From positions 92,202 to 156,201 of the forward strand of contig JAFQOE010000058.1 in the NCBI GenBank assembly GCA_017395635.1: a stretch of DNA of 64,000 bases. Reading direction: 5' to 3'. The notes beneath the pieces were generated by a model. It ran no database searches. It had not been told where the DNA came from and saw only the letters and a program-made list of their open reading frames with translations. The translations under genes were made by a program, and so were the position numbers. Origin of the DNA: Lachnospiraceae bacterium. Its GTDB lineage: Bacteria > Bacillota > Clostridia > Lachnospirales > Lachnospiraceae. This document shows, one piece after another, positions 1-7,807 of the stretch. The first letter of the stretch is position 1. Each line of letters opens with the position of its first letter.

Positions 1-2
1 TG

Positions 3-131
3 GAAGAACGGAAAAACTTGGCAAAGAGATATGGAGAGGAAGCGGGAACTAAGTTGTTAGGTCCTATGATTTTGTTGTTGTTAGTGGTAATGCTTATGAT
101 TATGGTTCCGGCATTATGGAGCTTTGCATAA
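3..131 (+). CDS. 3' end of a membrane-protein gene cut by the window edge. Context suggests a Tad/type II secretion platform protein (TadC/GspF-like).
   Basis: Frame 3 is open from the window edge to TAA at 129-131. The tail ...GPMILLLLVVMLMIMVPALWSFA is a terminal TM helix. It lies directly upstream of an Flp-type pilin gene. Confidence 0.4.
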   Translation, partial: EERKNLAKRYGEEAGTKLLGPMILLLLVVMLMIMVPALWSFA

Positions 132-189
132 CATGTCCTTGGAGAGGGACGTTAAAAACTACTACATATCTTGTTTGGAGGTGAGGAGT

Positions 190-372
190 ATGAGTGTATT
201 AAAGAAAGCTTGGTTAGGGTTTTTGAAAGAGGAATCCGGAATGGGAGTTGTAGAAATCATATTGATTATTGTGGTTTTGATTGCGATTGTAATTATTTTC
301 GAAGAACAAATCACGACGCTAGTGAATAACATTTGGAAATCCATTAACCAAAGTGCAAAAAAAATATATTAG
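190..372 (+). CDS. Flp-family type IVb prepilin (60 aa)
   Basis: ATG at 190 is preceded by GGAGGTGAGGAG. MSVLKKAWLGFLKEESGMGVVEIILIIVVLIAIVIIF gives a short leader, a G/xxVE-type processing motif and a hydrophobic helix. The 124 start in the ORF track lacks an RBS. Confidence 0.7.
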   Translation: MSVLKKAWLGFLKEESGMGVVEIILIIVVLIAIVIIFEEQITTLVNNIWKSINQSAKKIY

Positions 373-375
373 TAA

Positions 376-402
376 GTAACTGTGAAAATAAGGAACAGTT
401 AC
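376..402 (+). repeat. GTAACTGT-N11-ACAGTTAC hairpin, member of a recurring small intergenic motif
   Basis: Perfect 8-bp stem. Related copies at 8916-8939, 39640-39666, 4860-4878, 34278-34323 and 35721-35772. Confidence 0.6.
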
Positions 403-474
403 AAAGGTATTGTTATATCAGAAGTAAGATAGGTCAGGCTGCAACCTGATACCAGCAATAAGATGAGGTGTACT

Positions 475-1974
475 ATGAACAACAAAGGGCAAACTACAAT
501 TTTATTCTCGCTTATAACAGGCATACTTCTCCTATTCACTCTAACTGCACTAGAGGTGGGAAGGATTCATTTGAGTACAGTGAAGATAAAGCCCTGTGTT
601 CATAGTATGCGTTCCAGTATTATGGCAGATTATAATGCAGAATTATTTGAAAGATATCATTTACTCTTTCTGGATCCAACTTATGGAACCGGTAGTGTGG
701 CGGTTTTAGAAGAAAAAATTGTGGATTATTTGGAGACGTCTTTGAATGGAGAAGAAGGAAACAGTCTATATCAGTTTCAGGTAGAGGAAGTGGCACTTTC
801 GGAGATGAAAACCATTATGTCTGAAAATATGAAACTGTTAAAGCAACAGATTAAAGACTATGAAAGTACAGCGGGTGTTGCCAATAAGATAAAGGATTTG
901 TTAACGGATTTTGGAAAAAGTAATACAGATTTGGAGGATGCAGCGAAGGAAACAGAAATCAACGGAAAAGAGCTGCCTGTTTCGGCTGAGAAGAATGATA
1001 ATGCGGAAAGTTCGGATGCCGAAAAGGAGGAAAAAGAAACGGCAGTAAAGGAAGAGGATTATAAAGATCCAAGAGAGACGTTGAAGGAATCACTTAAATT
1101 TGGAATTTTGTCATTTGTGGCACCGGGTAAGGATTTTTCAAAGGAATCCTATAAGCTCAAAAATGTTCCATCTGAGAAATATGAAGAAGTACAAAAAGAA
1201 GAAAGAAGTAGAAAATTTGATGATATTGATTATATCAATTCGTTTTTAAAAGAGGCTACACAGGAAAGTGCATTGGATCAATTCGTAGAAAATGTGTCAT
1301 TTGCCAGTTATGTGACAACACATTTTTCAAATGCCATGAATCCGAAAGGGGATTCGGGGATGCAATGTGAAACAGAATACATATTGAAAGGGAAAGATAA
1401 TGATTATGATAACTTGGAAGCAGTGATAGAGGAGATGACATGGTTACGAATGCCGGTTAATTATGCATATTTACTGACGGATGTTGAAAAGAAAAGTCAG
1501 GCATTAACACTTGCAACGGCCATTAGTATAGTAACAGGTACGGAACCATTTGTTGAAGTGATTAAGTATTTGTTGTTAGCTTGCTGGGCATACGGAGAAA
1601 GCCTGTATGAGATGCATATACTCCTATCAGGAGAAAACATTGCATATATCAAAACAAGAGCAACATGGTATACCGATTTGGAAACATTAACTTCGGTTAA
1701 TAATGTTACAAAGCAGGCGCAGGGATTGTCCTATGAAGATTTTTTGGCGATTTTGCTGGTTAAGAAAACAGGAGATTCGTTAGATAAGGGATATGCGAGA
1801 ATTTTGGATGTGATTCAACTTAATTTGATGAAGGATTATCCTACGTTTCGAATTACGGATTGTGTTGGTGCTATGACAATACAGGGAAAGGTATCGATGA
1901 ATCCTCTTTTTCAGAAAAGTGAGGAGGAAGGAGTTTATGATTATTATTTTGAAGAATATTTTTTGTATGAATAA
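475..1974 (+). CDS. Tad-locus membrane-anchored protein of unknown function (TadG/DUF5702-like guess)
   Basis: ATG at 475 lies 5 nt after GAGGTG. N-terminus NNKGQTTILFSLITGILLLFTLTALEVGR is a TadE/G-like pseudopilin-type hydrophobic segment. Long acidic linker. Position in the tad cluster. Confidence 0.5.
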   Translation: MNNKGQTTILFSLITGILLLFTLTALEVGRIHLSTVKIKPCVHSMRSSIMADYNAELFERYHLLFLDPTYGTGSVAVLEEKIVDYLETSLNGEEGNSLYQFQVEEVALSEMKTIMSENMKLLKQQIKDYESTAGVANKIKDLLTDFGKSNTDLEDAAKETEINGKELPVSAEKNDNAESSDAEKEEKETAVKEEDYKDPRETLKESLKFGILSFVAPGKDFSKESYKLKNVPSEKYEEVQKEERSRKFDDIDYINSFLKEATQESALDQFVENVSFASYVTTHFSNAMNPKGDSGMQCETEYILKGKDNDYDNLEAVIEEMTWLRMPVNYAYLLTDVEKKSQALTLATAISIVTGTEPFVEVIKYLLLACWAYGESLYEMHILLSGENIAYIKTRATWYTDLETLTSVNNVTKQAQGLSYEDFLAILLVKKTGDSLDKGYARILDVIQLNLMKDYPTFRITDCVGAMTIQGKVSMNPLFQKSEEEGVYDYYFEEYFLYE

Positions 1975-2129
1975 TGTGACTTTTAATAATCCATATTTGT
2001 GGGAATTAGTTGATGATTAAATAGGACGTATTTTCTTATAAGCTCTTATATGAAATCCCATTACGTATATCCTCTCTGAGTATGAACAAGGTTTTGTATA
2101 AGGGTTTTTAAGAGCATATGTCTTAAATT

Positions 2130-2336
2130 TAGGTGTTTGCGAAACTCAAGTTTGGATTGTAATGATTGTGCAAATTTAACACACCAACGCAGGACGTTTG
2201 CACTTGCCACAATGCGTAACGGTACTAAGTTCGACAATGTCTCACTAAGTACCGACGGATTGTGAAGCACCTGCTTATGGTACTTGTTAAACTTGCACAA
2301 ACAGATAAAAGTTTTTGTGAGTTTCGCAATTACCTA
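2130..2336. mobile_element. Foldback MITE copy 1 (207 bp), with terminal inverted repeats and a 10-bp target-site duplication
   Basis: Left end TAGGTGTTTGCGAAACTC, right end GAGTTTCGCAATTACCTA. Flanked by GTCTTAAATT at 2120-2129 and 2337-2346. Homologous copies at 17722-17929 and 59680-59885. Confidence 0.85.
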
Positions 2337-2364
2337 GTCTTAAATTATGTAGAAGGAGGACATT

Positions 2365-3150
2365 ATGAAAAGGAATAGAGGTTATATTACAGTGGAAGCC
2401 AGTTTGGTTGTTCCTTTGTTTTTGTTCTTTATGCTCGCAATGTCAGGGATTTTTATGGTTCTAATGGCAGAATCGCATGTTCATCAATCTTTGGCGGCAG
2501 CAACGGATTATGTGGCGGAATATTGTTATTTAGAACAAAAATTGCTTGCAAAAGATGAGAAAAAGCCTAATTCAGTGGATACAGTTTCGATTGACGTGGA
2601 AAGTTTGATAGATGCTGTAATCGTAAAGCAGCAATTTAGTAAATACATAGGAAATGATTTTTATGTGAAGAAAGTTGTTTCCGGTGGAAAATCGGGCGTG
2701 TTTGTTCGCATTGAGAAGGATAAACAGAATTCAAAAATAATGATAGTAACTGCAAGTTATAAAGCAAAGATAAATCTTCCTCTTCTAGGAACCTATTCTA
2801 TTAACTTATCAAATCAGATAAAACAAAAGGCATTCGTAGGGTTTACGGAAGAGGAATATAATAATAGTGATTACTTTGTTTATGTGACACCTAATCGCGA
2901 AGCATATCATATGCGAAGAGATTGTACACATCTGACCTTGGATATTGATACTGTAAGCAGTAACCGAAAGGGAAATTATGCTCCTTGTTTTTATTGTGGA
3001 ATTAAAAAGGGTGGAACAAAGATATACATAGCAAAACATGGTGAGGTGTATCACAATAGCAGAGGTTGTGTAGGATTAAAACGCACAGTAAGAAGGGTGA
3101 AAGTTTCTAGCGTAGAAGGAATTGGAGCCTGTACAAGGTGTGGTGGATAA
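2365..3150 (+). CDS. TadE/TadG-like pseudopilin with a C-terminal duplicated Cys-rich (zinc-ribbon-like) module
   Basis: RBS GAAGGAGG. N-terminus GYITVEASLVVPLFLFFMLAM is a TadE-like motif. The C-terminus carries two copies of the pattern (A/V)YH-x3-C...C-x2-CG. Confidence 0.7.
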   Translation: MKRNRGYITVEASLVVPLFLFFMLAMSGIFMVLMAESHVHQSLAAATDYVAEYCYLEQKLLAKDEKKPNSVDTVSIDVESLIDAVIVKQQFSKYIGNDFYVKKVVSGGKSGVFVRIEKDKQNSKIMIVTASYKAKINLPLLGTYSINLSNQIKQKAFVGFTEEEYNNSDYFVYVTPNREAYHMRRDCTHLTLDIDTVSSNRKGNYAPCFYCGIKKGGTKIYIAKHGEVYHNSRGCVGLKRTVRRVKVSSVEGIGACTRCGG

Positions 3151-3205
3151 AGGTATGGTGCGAAAAAGAGAATTGAAAAGTATACTTCAGAAGGGGGAGT
3201 TTTAA

Positions 3206-3586
3206 TTGAAAAAGCAGTCTGTGAATTGCGGAAGTGCAATTATTGAAATGACATTTCTGATTCCTATTTTACTGGGAATCATTTATTTATATATTACGTT
3301 TTTTCTGTTTTTGATTGAGAGTTCCCAATATAAGGAATGGATAGTGGAATCTTTATATTGTTCACAAGAAACACGAGGAGATACGTCGGAACAAGCTGGT
3401 GTGAAAAACATGGACGGAATTATAAAAATGAGTAAACAGGGGACACAGATAAGTGTGTTTGTAAATCAAAAAGCAGAACTGTTTGATATTGAATTGGAAA
3501 TGCACCGAAAGGAAGATTCGGCAGTGAAAAACATAAGGAGGTGGCAGCTTGCATCAGATATGCTTCGAACGGGAGAAGATGAATAG
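3206..3586 (+). CDS. Small TadE-like pseudopilin
   Basis: TTG start 6 nt after GAAGGGGGAG. CGSAIIEMTFLIPILLGIIYLYITFF is a TadE-type N-terminal segment. Confidence 0.6.
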   Translation: MKKQSVNCGSAIIEMTFLIPILLGIIYLYITFFLFLIESSQYKEWIVESLYCSQETRGDTSEQAGVKNMDGIIKMSKQGTQISVFVNQKAELFDIELEMHRKEDSAVKNIRRWQLASDMLRTGEDE

Positions 3587-4835
3587 TTATATGGTAATAT
3601 CGTGTGATGAGAAGCTGGACCGAAATGTTTATAGTGAAGCGATTCTGGAATACGCAAAAATTCCGGGATTAATGAATTATGAAATTAGAGATGTGGATGG
3701 AGAACAAACTTTATATTACAGGTTGCAATATAGGACTTCTTTAAAACAGGTATTGGGTGATTTGAAATTAACTTTTGAACTGATGGAAACAATGATAAGT
3801 AGCATGGTGGATGTGGTAAAACAAACAGAAGAGTATTTATTAGATTGCAATGCAATTCTTTGGAAAAGTGAGTATATTTTTATTGAAATACATTCAGGAA
3901 AGCTTTCCTTTACTTATTATCCTAAAATGCAAGAGGAGAACAACTCCATAAAGAATCTTCTTGTGGAGTTGTTTCAATATGTGGAGAAAAACAACCAACA
4001 AGTATATCAATATTTGATGGATTTCTATAATCTGGTGACAAATCCTGATTGCACGTTAAAACAAATGGAACAATACATAATTAGCAAAAATTTTGGCTCA
4101 AAAGAATTTGCTTCGGAAATATATGAGGAAGAACCTTTTGTAATATCAGCTGAGCAAGGTGGCAGTGTTTTTACTTCTGAGAAAAAAACGAATGAAATCG
4201 CTTCTAAGAAAAGTTGGTTGATAATTATAATATTAATCGTGGTTAATTTGATTGTCGCATGTCTCTTGTTACTGGATATATGGACTTATCAGTACATATG
4301 GGTTTTGATTGGAACTTTATTCTTATTGTTTGTTTCTTTTCTATCTTTTCACCCTGAAAAGGAAGCAGAGAGTCCGGATAAAATCATGGAAGAATATTTG
4401 AGAGAGCATAGTAAAGAACCTTCTTCAGATTATTATCAACAAAGTAATGTGAGAAGAGAAATGAACAATATAGAAACTACCGTGCTCTATACAGAACATC
4501 AAGAGATTGTAATTGAGGACACACCAAAAGAATTATGTTTGAAATCCATGAATCCTAAAAAATACAATGATTTATTCATAGATAGCAACAGTATTGTGTT
4601 AGGGAGTATGATGGGAAGTTGTGGTTATCTGGTAAAAGAAAATGGAATCAGTCGAATGCATGCAAAATTGATAAAAAAAGAAGATGGACTATTTCTGATC
4701 GATCTTAATTCGACAAATGGAACTTATCTGAATGATGAACCGATTGTGGGAGGAAAAGAGCATCTTTTAGAAGAAGGGGATGTGATTTCTTTAGCTAAAA
4801 TTGTGACGTTTGTAGTGACTGTGAGAGGTGGTTGA
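3579..4835 (+). CDS. FHA-domain membrane protein, terminal gene of the tad cluster
   Basis: ATG at 3579 after GGGAGAAG, overlapping the previous stop by 8 nt. Central TM segments (WLIIIILIVVNLIVACLLLL...). C-terminal FHA signature GISRMHAKLIKKEDGLFLIDLNSTNGTYLND. Confidence 0.75.
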   Translation: MNSYMVISCDEKLDRNVYSEAILEYAKIPGLMNYEIRDVDGEQTLYYRLQYRTSLKQVLGDLKLTFELMETMISSMVDVVKQTEEYLLDCNAILWKSEYIFIEIHSGKLSFTYYPKMQEENNSIKNLLVELFQYVEKNNQQVYQYLMDFYNLVTNPDCTLKQMEQYIISKNFGSKEFASEIYEEEPFVISAEQGGSVFTSEKKTNEIASKKSWLIIIILIVVNLIVACLLLLDIWTYQYIWVLIGTLFLLFVSFLSFHPEKEAESPDKIMEEYLREHSKEPSSDYYQQSNVRREMNNIETTVLYTEHQEIVIEDTPKELCLKSMNPKKYNDLFIDSNSIVLGSMMGSCGYLVKENGISRMHAKLIKKEDGLFLIDLNSTNGTYLNDEPIVGGKEHLLEEGDVISLAKIVTFVVTVRGG

Positions 4836-4888
4836 CAAGTGGAAAAAAGGAGGTATAATGTAACTATATGATAGTTACAAATATTGAT

Positions 4889-5140
4889 ATGAGTACATTA
4901 GAGAAAAAGATTAACAGATTAGTATCAATACCGAGTGATTATACTTATGATGAAGCAAAAGCATTGTTATGTGCATGTGGGTTTGATGAGGATAACAAAG
5001 GAAGAACTTCAGGTAGCAGAGTAAGATTTTATCGCAAAGAAGACAACAAGAAGGTTATATTACATAAACCACATCCTGAAAAAACAATGTATAAAGTAGT
5101 AGTAAAACAATTAGCAGAATTTATGGAAAGTATAGTATGA
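4889..5140 (+). CDS. hicA: HicA-family type II toxin (mRNA interferase)
   Basis: ...GRTSGSRVRFYRKEDNKKVILHKPHPEKTMYKVVVKQL matches the HicA core (GSH/R...lHkPHp). Start is uncertain: ATG 4889 fits homolog N-termini (MSxLEK...), and the alternative ATG 4868 lies in the loop of a palindrome. Confidence 0.75.
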   Translation: MSTLEKKINRLVSIPSDYTYDEAKALLCACGFDEDNKGRTSGSRVRFYRKEDNKKVILHKPHPEKTMYKVVVKQLAEFMESIV

Positions 5141-5152
5141 GGGAGTGGTTTT

Positions 5153-5485
5153 ATGACAGAGAGATTGTATTATAAAGATTATTTTACAGATGTTCGTTTT
5201 GATGCAGAAAGTAAGACGCTCTACGGGAAAATCGAAGGAATTGCAGATTTAGTGAATTTTTACACCACAGATGCAACAAAGGTAGAAGAAGAGTTTCGTT
5301 TGGCAGTTGATGACTACCTAGCATATTGTGAGGAAAAGGGTGTAGCGCCGGAAAAATCATATTCTGGAGTATTCAATGTGCGAGTAAGTCCGGAGTTACA
5401 TCGCAATTTGGCATTGATAGCGTTGAGGGAAAATCGTTCTCTTAATGCGGTTGTAAAGTCTACATTAGAACAAGGATTGATGTAG
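5153..5485 (+). CDS. hicB: HicB-family antitoxin
   Basis: Immediately downstream of hicA. The N-terminal part is a HicB fold (YYKDYFTDVRFDAESKTLYGKIEG). The C-terminus is RHH-like (FNVRVSPELHRNLALIALRENRSLNAVV). Confidence 0.8.
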   Translation: MTERLYYKDYFTDVRFDAESKTLYGKIEGIADLVNFYTTDATKVEEEFRLAVDDYLAYCEEKGVAPEKSYSGVFNVRVSPELHRNLALIALRENRSLNAVVKSTLEQGLM

Positions 5486-5561
5486 AGAAGTGAACTGAGA
5501 TGATTTGTTAACTATAGGACTAATGCAATATATATCCCGTTTTGCCCATTTAAACAAAGAA

Positions 5562-5591
5562 TTGTATCTTTTTAGAGAGCTATGATATAAT
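5562..5591 (+). promoter_or_regulatory. Sigma-70-type promoter with extended -10
   Basis: TTGTAT (5562-5567), 18-nt spacer containing TG, then TATAAT (5586-5591), giving TGATATAAT. Confidence 0.5.
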
Positions 5592-5744
5592 ATAAATGTA
5601 AAAAAATAATTTAATTTGGGTAACCTTAAAATGGTTACAGAACAGGATTGTTATAGGTGTATCCTTGTAAAAGGAATAATAGCGGGGATACAGATCTTTC
5701 TGTTTCTCGCTTTTATTAATATAAGAGAAACAGGAGGAGGTAGT

Positions 5745-6230
5745 ATGAGTAAAATAAAAAAGACTCGTAGAACAGACGAAGAAAAACAGCAACTAATTTT
5801 AGATTTAGTAATGATGGATGACATTATGTTTGAATCTGTGTATCATGTTCAAAATACAATTCAAGAGATAGGAACAGCAATTGATAATGGATTAAAGGAA
5901 GTTTATATCAACGCTGAAATAAAGGATGGCAGTAAAATATCTAAATTAATGACTGCATTCCAAAGTAAGAATTTGGATGAAAGTGTTCGAATGATGTTTC
6001 CAAACACTTATAGGAAATTTCAAAGTCTGAAATACGATGAAAAGGAGGTCGAAAACATGTGTAATAAAGTTGAAATTTATGCAGAAAAGAAATCTATTTA
6101 TTCTGCCATTGAAAGTTATGATGAATGCGGACTGGATAAAGCTACAATTGTAGAAAAAATAGTAAAAAGATTTGACCTAACACTAGAAGAAGCTGAACAA
6201 TACTATGAAGATGTACTTGTAACAGCGTAG
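5745..6230 (+). CDS. Short protein resembling an internally deleted PD-(D/E)XK 'putative transposase' (TIGR01784-like): N- and C-terminal parts present, nuclease core absent
   Basis: ATG at 5745 after AGGAGGAGG. LILDLVMMDDIMFESVY resembles the family N-terminus and ...YDEKEVENMCNKVEIYAEKK... its C-terminal region. No RLDVY/EMQ-type nuclease core. The upstream part of the ORF-track ORF (5616) is leader. Confidence 0.4.
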   Translation: MSKIKKTRRTDEEKQQLILDLVMMDDIMFESVYHVQNTIQEIGTAIDNGLKEVYINAEIKDGSKISKLMTAFQSKNLDESVRMMFPNTYRKFQSLKYDEKEVENMCNKVEIYAEKKSIYSAIESYDECGLDKATIVEKIVKRFDLTLEEAEQYYEDVLVTA

Positions 6231-6250
6231 TTTTCTCAAACTTGACATTA

Positions 6251-6289
6251 AATAAAGCTATCGTATTTTTTTGATATGATAGCTTTATT
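6251..6289. terminator. Hairpin terminator between convergent genes
   Basis: 12-bp stem AATAAAGCTATC / GATAGCTTTATT followed by a T-run. Confidence 0.65.
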
Positions 6290-6360
6290 TTTGAAATCAT
6301 CTATTAAAAATAGTAGAAGCAGAAATGTGTTATGATCAGGTTCATATGTTGGTGGTGCTG

Positions 6361-7575
6361 TTATTTCGCTTTCCCACTGTTCTCAAAGGAAGTATTCATT
6401 CCCTTGCTTAAAGTGTTAATCTTCTTAATCAATCGCTTCTTCTCACTTCCGGTCAGTATTTTTGGCTGGTAATTATTCGTATAGCTGACAGAAGAGATGG
6501 AGCAAGGAACAATCTTTGCATCATTCTTTTTCTGGAGTTTACCGTTCTTCACGTAGAAGGTTTGCTGGAAAATTAAAGCATCCTTGTCGTCCGGATTGGT
6601 GTGTCCACCGAAACTGAAGTTTCCAAGACTATATACGATGTAACGCCCTTTATATTTTTCGATACCCTGTACTCTGTGTGGATGGTGTCCAAGCACCAAA
6701 GATGCGCCACTGCTGATGGCACATCGTCCTAAAGTCTTTTGTCTTGCGTTTGGATAGTATTCTTTTTCAATTCCCCAATGAAAGCTGGCAATAATAATTT
6801 TTGCTTTTTTCTTTTTTGCTGTTTGAATTGTATTTTTTACCTGTTGTTCGCTGACTCCATTCAAGGCATTGAAACCAACGAATGCAATTTTCACACCTTT
6901 GACTGTTTTATATGCAATTGTACTGCCTTCACAATAGCTGATTTTGTTTTTCTTAAGAGTTTCTTTGGTATCCTTAAATCCCTGACTACCAAAATCCATA
7001 GTATGATTATTGGCAAGCGTAACGACCTCGACAGAACCCTTTTTGAGAATCTTGACGTATTTGGCAGGAGCTTTGAAAGTAAAGGTTTTGTTCGCACGGG
7101 CAGTGGAATTGGTCAGAGTCCCCTCAAAATTAACTATGGTTAAATCGTCTTTGCTAAATACAGATTTTACTTTCTTAAAAAAGTAAGCATCTCCATATTT
7201 GTTATAATAGTTGTTAAAAGTGTTATTGTAGCGGGAATCCACGCCTAATGTACAGTCTCCCGCTGCACTGATGGTGATTTTCACAGTCTTGCTTTTCTTA
7301 GATGTCTTACCTGTTGTTTTCGTGTTAGTAGAGGTATCCGATTTTGCATTATCTGTTTCGGTACCGGATGATGTGTCTGAATTGGTATCATTTGTTGCTG
7401 TTTCTGTTTGCGTATTTGACGAGCTGTTTTCTTCCGTAGCGGAAGTTGCCGATACTGCTATACCGGAACAAAACACCAGACAAATAATCAATGCAATCGA
7501 AAAAAGAATGAGTTTTCTATATCTGGTGTTTATAAAGAATTTGTTGAAAAAATAGTTTTTGTAAGTACTTCTCAT
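6361..7575 (-). CDS. CapA-family (PGA_cap) metallophosphatase-like surface protein
   Basis: ISAAGDCTLG, VNFEG, LANNHTMDFG, HWGIE, LGHHPHRVQG and YSLGNF motifs. N-terminal TM segment and Ser/Thr-rich linker. ATG at 7575 has a GAGGAA RBS; ATG 7605 has none. Confidence 0.8.
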   Translation of the reverse strand: MRSTYKNYFFNKFFINTRYRKLILFSIALIICLVFCSGIAVSATSATEENSSSNTQTETATNDTNSDTSSGTETDNAKSDTSTNTKTTGKTSKKSKTVKITISAAGDCTLGVDSRYNNTFNNYYNKYGDAYFFKKVKSVFSKDDLTIVNFEGTLTNSTARANKTFTFKAPAKYVKILKKGSVEVVTLANNHTMDFGSQGFKDTKETLKKNKISYCEGSTIAYKTVKGVKIAFVGFNALNGVSEQQVKNTIQTAKKKKAKIIIASFHWGIEKEYYPNARQKTLGRCAISSGASLVLGHHPHRVQGIEKYKGRYIVYSLGNFSFGGHTNPDDKDALIFQQTFYVKNGKLQKKNDAKIVPCSISSVSYTNNYQPKILTGSEKKRLIKKINTLSKGMNTSFENSGKAK

Positions 7576-7807
7576 AAAATATTCCTCGTCTTTCTGGATG
7601 TTCATTTTGATAAATATCTTCTTAATGATTCAGCTCTTTGCTTGAAAATGCCTCGCATTTATCTCATATGGGAACATACCAAATAGTTATAAAAATTAAA
7701 TATATCATAGCAGAAAAAACCTGTTAGGGAAACACCCTATTTTCTCTAAATTAAGTTGTAAAATATAGCATTTTCAGCTATACTTAAGGGTACGAGTTCG
7801 AAAAGAG

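Noticed and set aside
2061-2300. Minus-strand ORFs inside the MITE copies (2061..2300 and 17708..17893), which share MCKFNKYHKQVLHNPSVLS...LVPLRIVASANVLRWC
   Set aside because: The conservation is at the nucleotide level within a palindromic element. No RBS is present. The third copy carries a 1-nt deletion that destroys the frame. The ORF ends diverge as soon as they leave the repeat.
5616-5744. Upstream extensions of ORF-track ORFs: 5616, 124, 463, 3549, 10656, 24737, 25539, 30479, 35749, 60019, and the 5' ends at 59604, 33535, 24531 and 20848
   Set aside because: In each case an internal ATG/GTG/TTG with a well-spaced Shine-Dalgarno gives an N-terminus that matches the family (signal peptide, conserved first motif). 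The extension has no RBS or consists of leader or repeat sequence.
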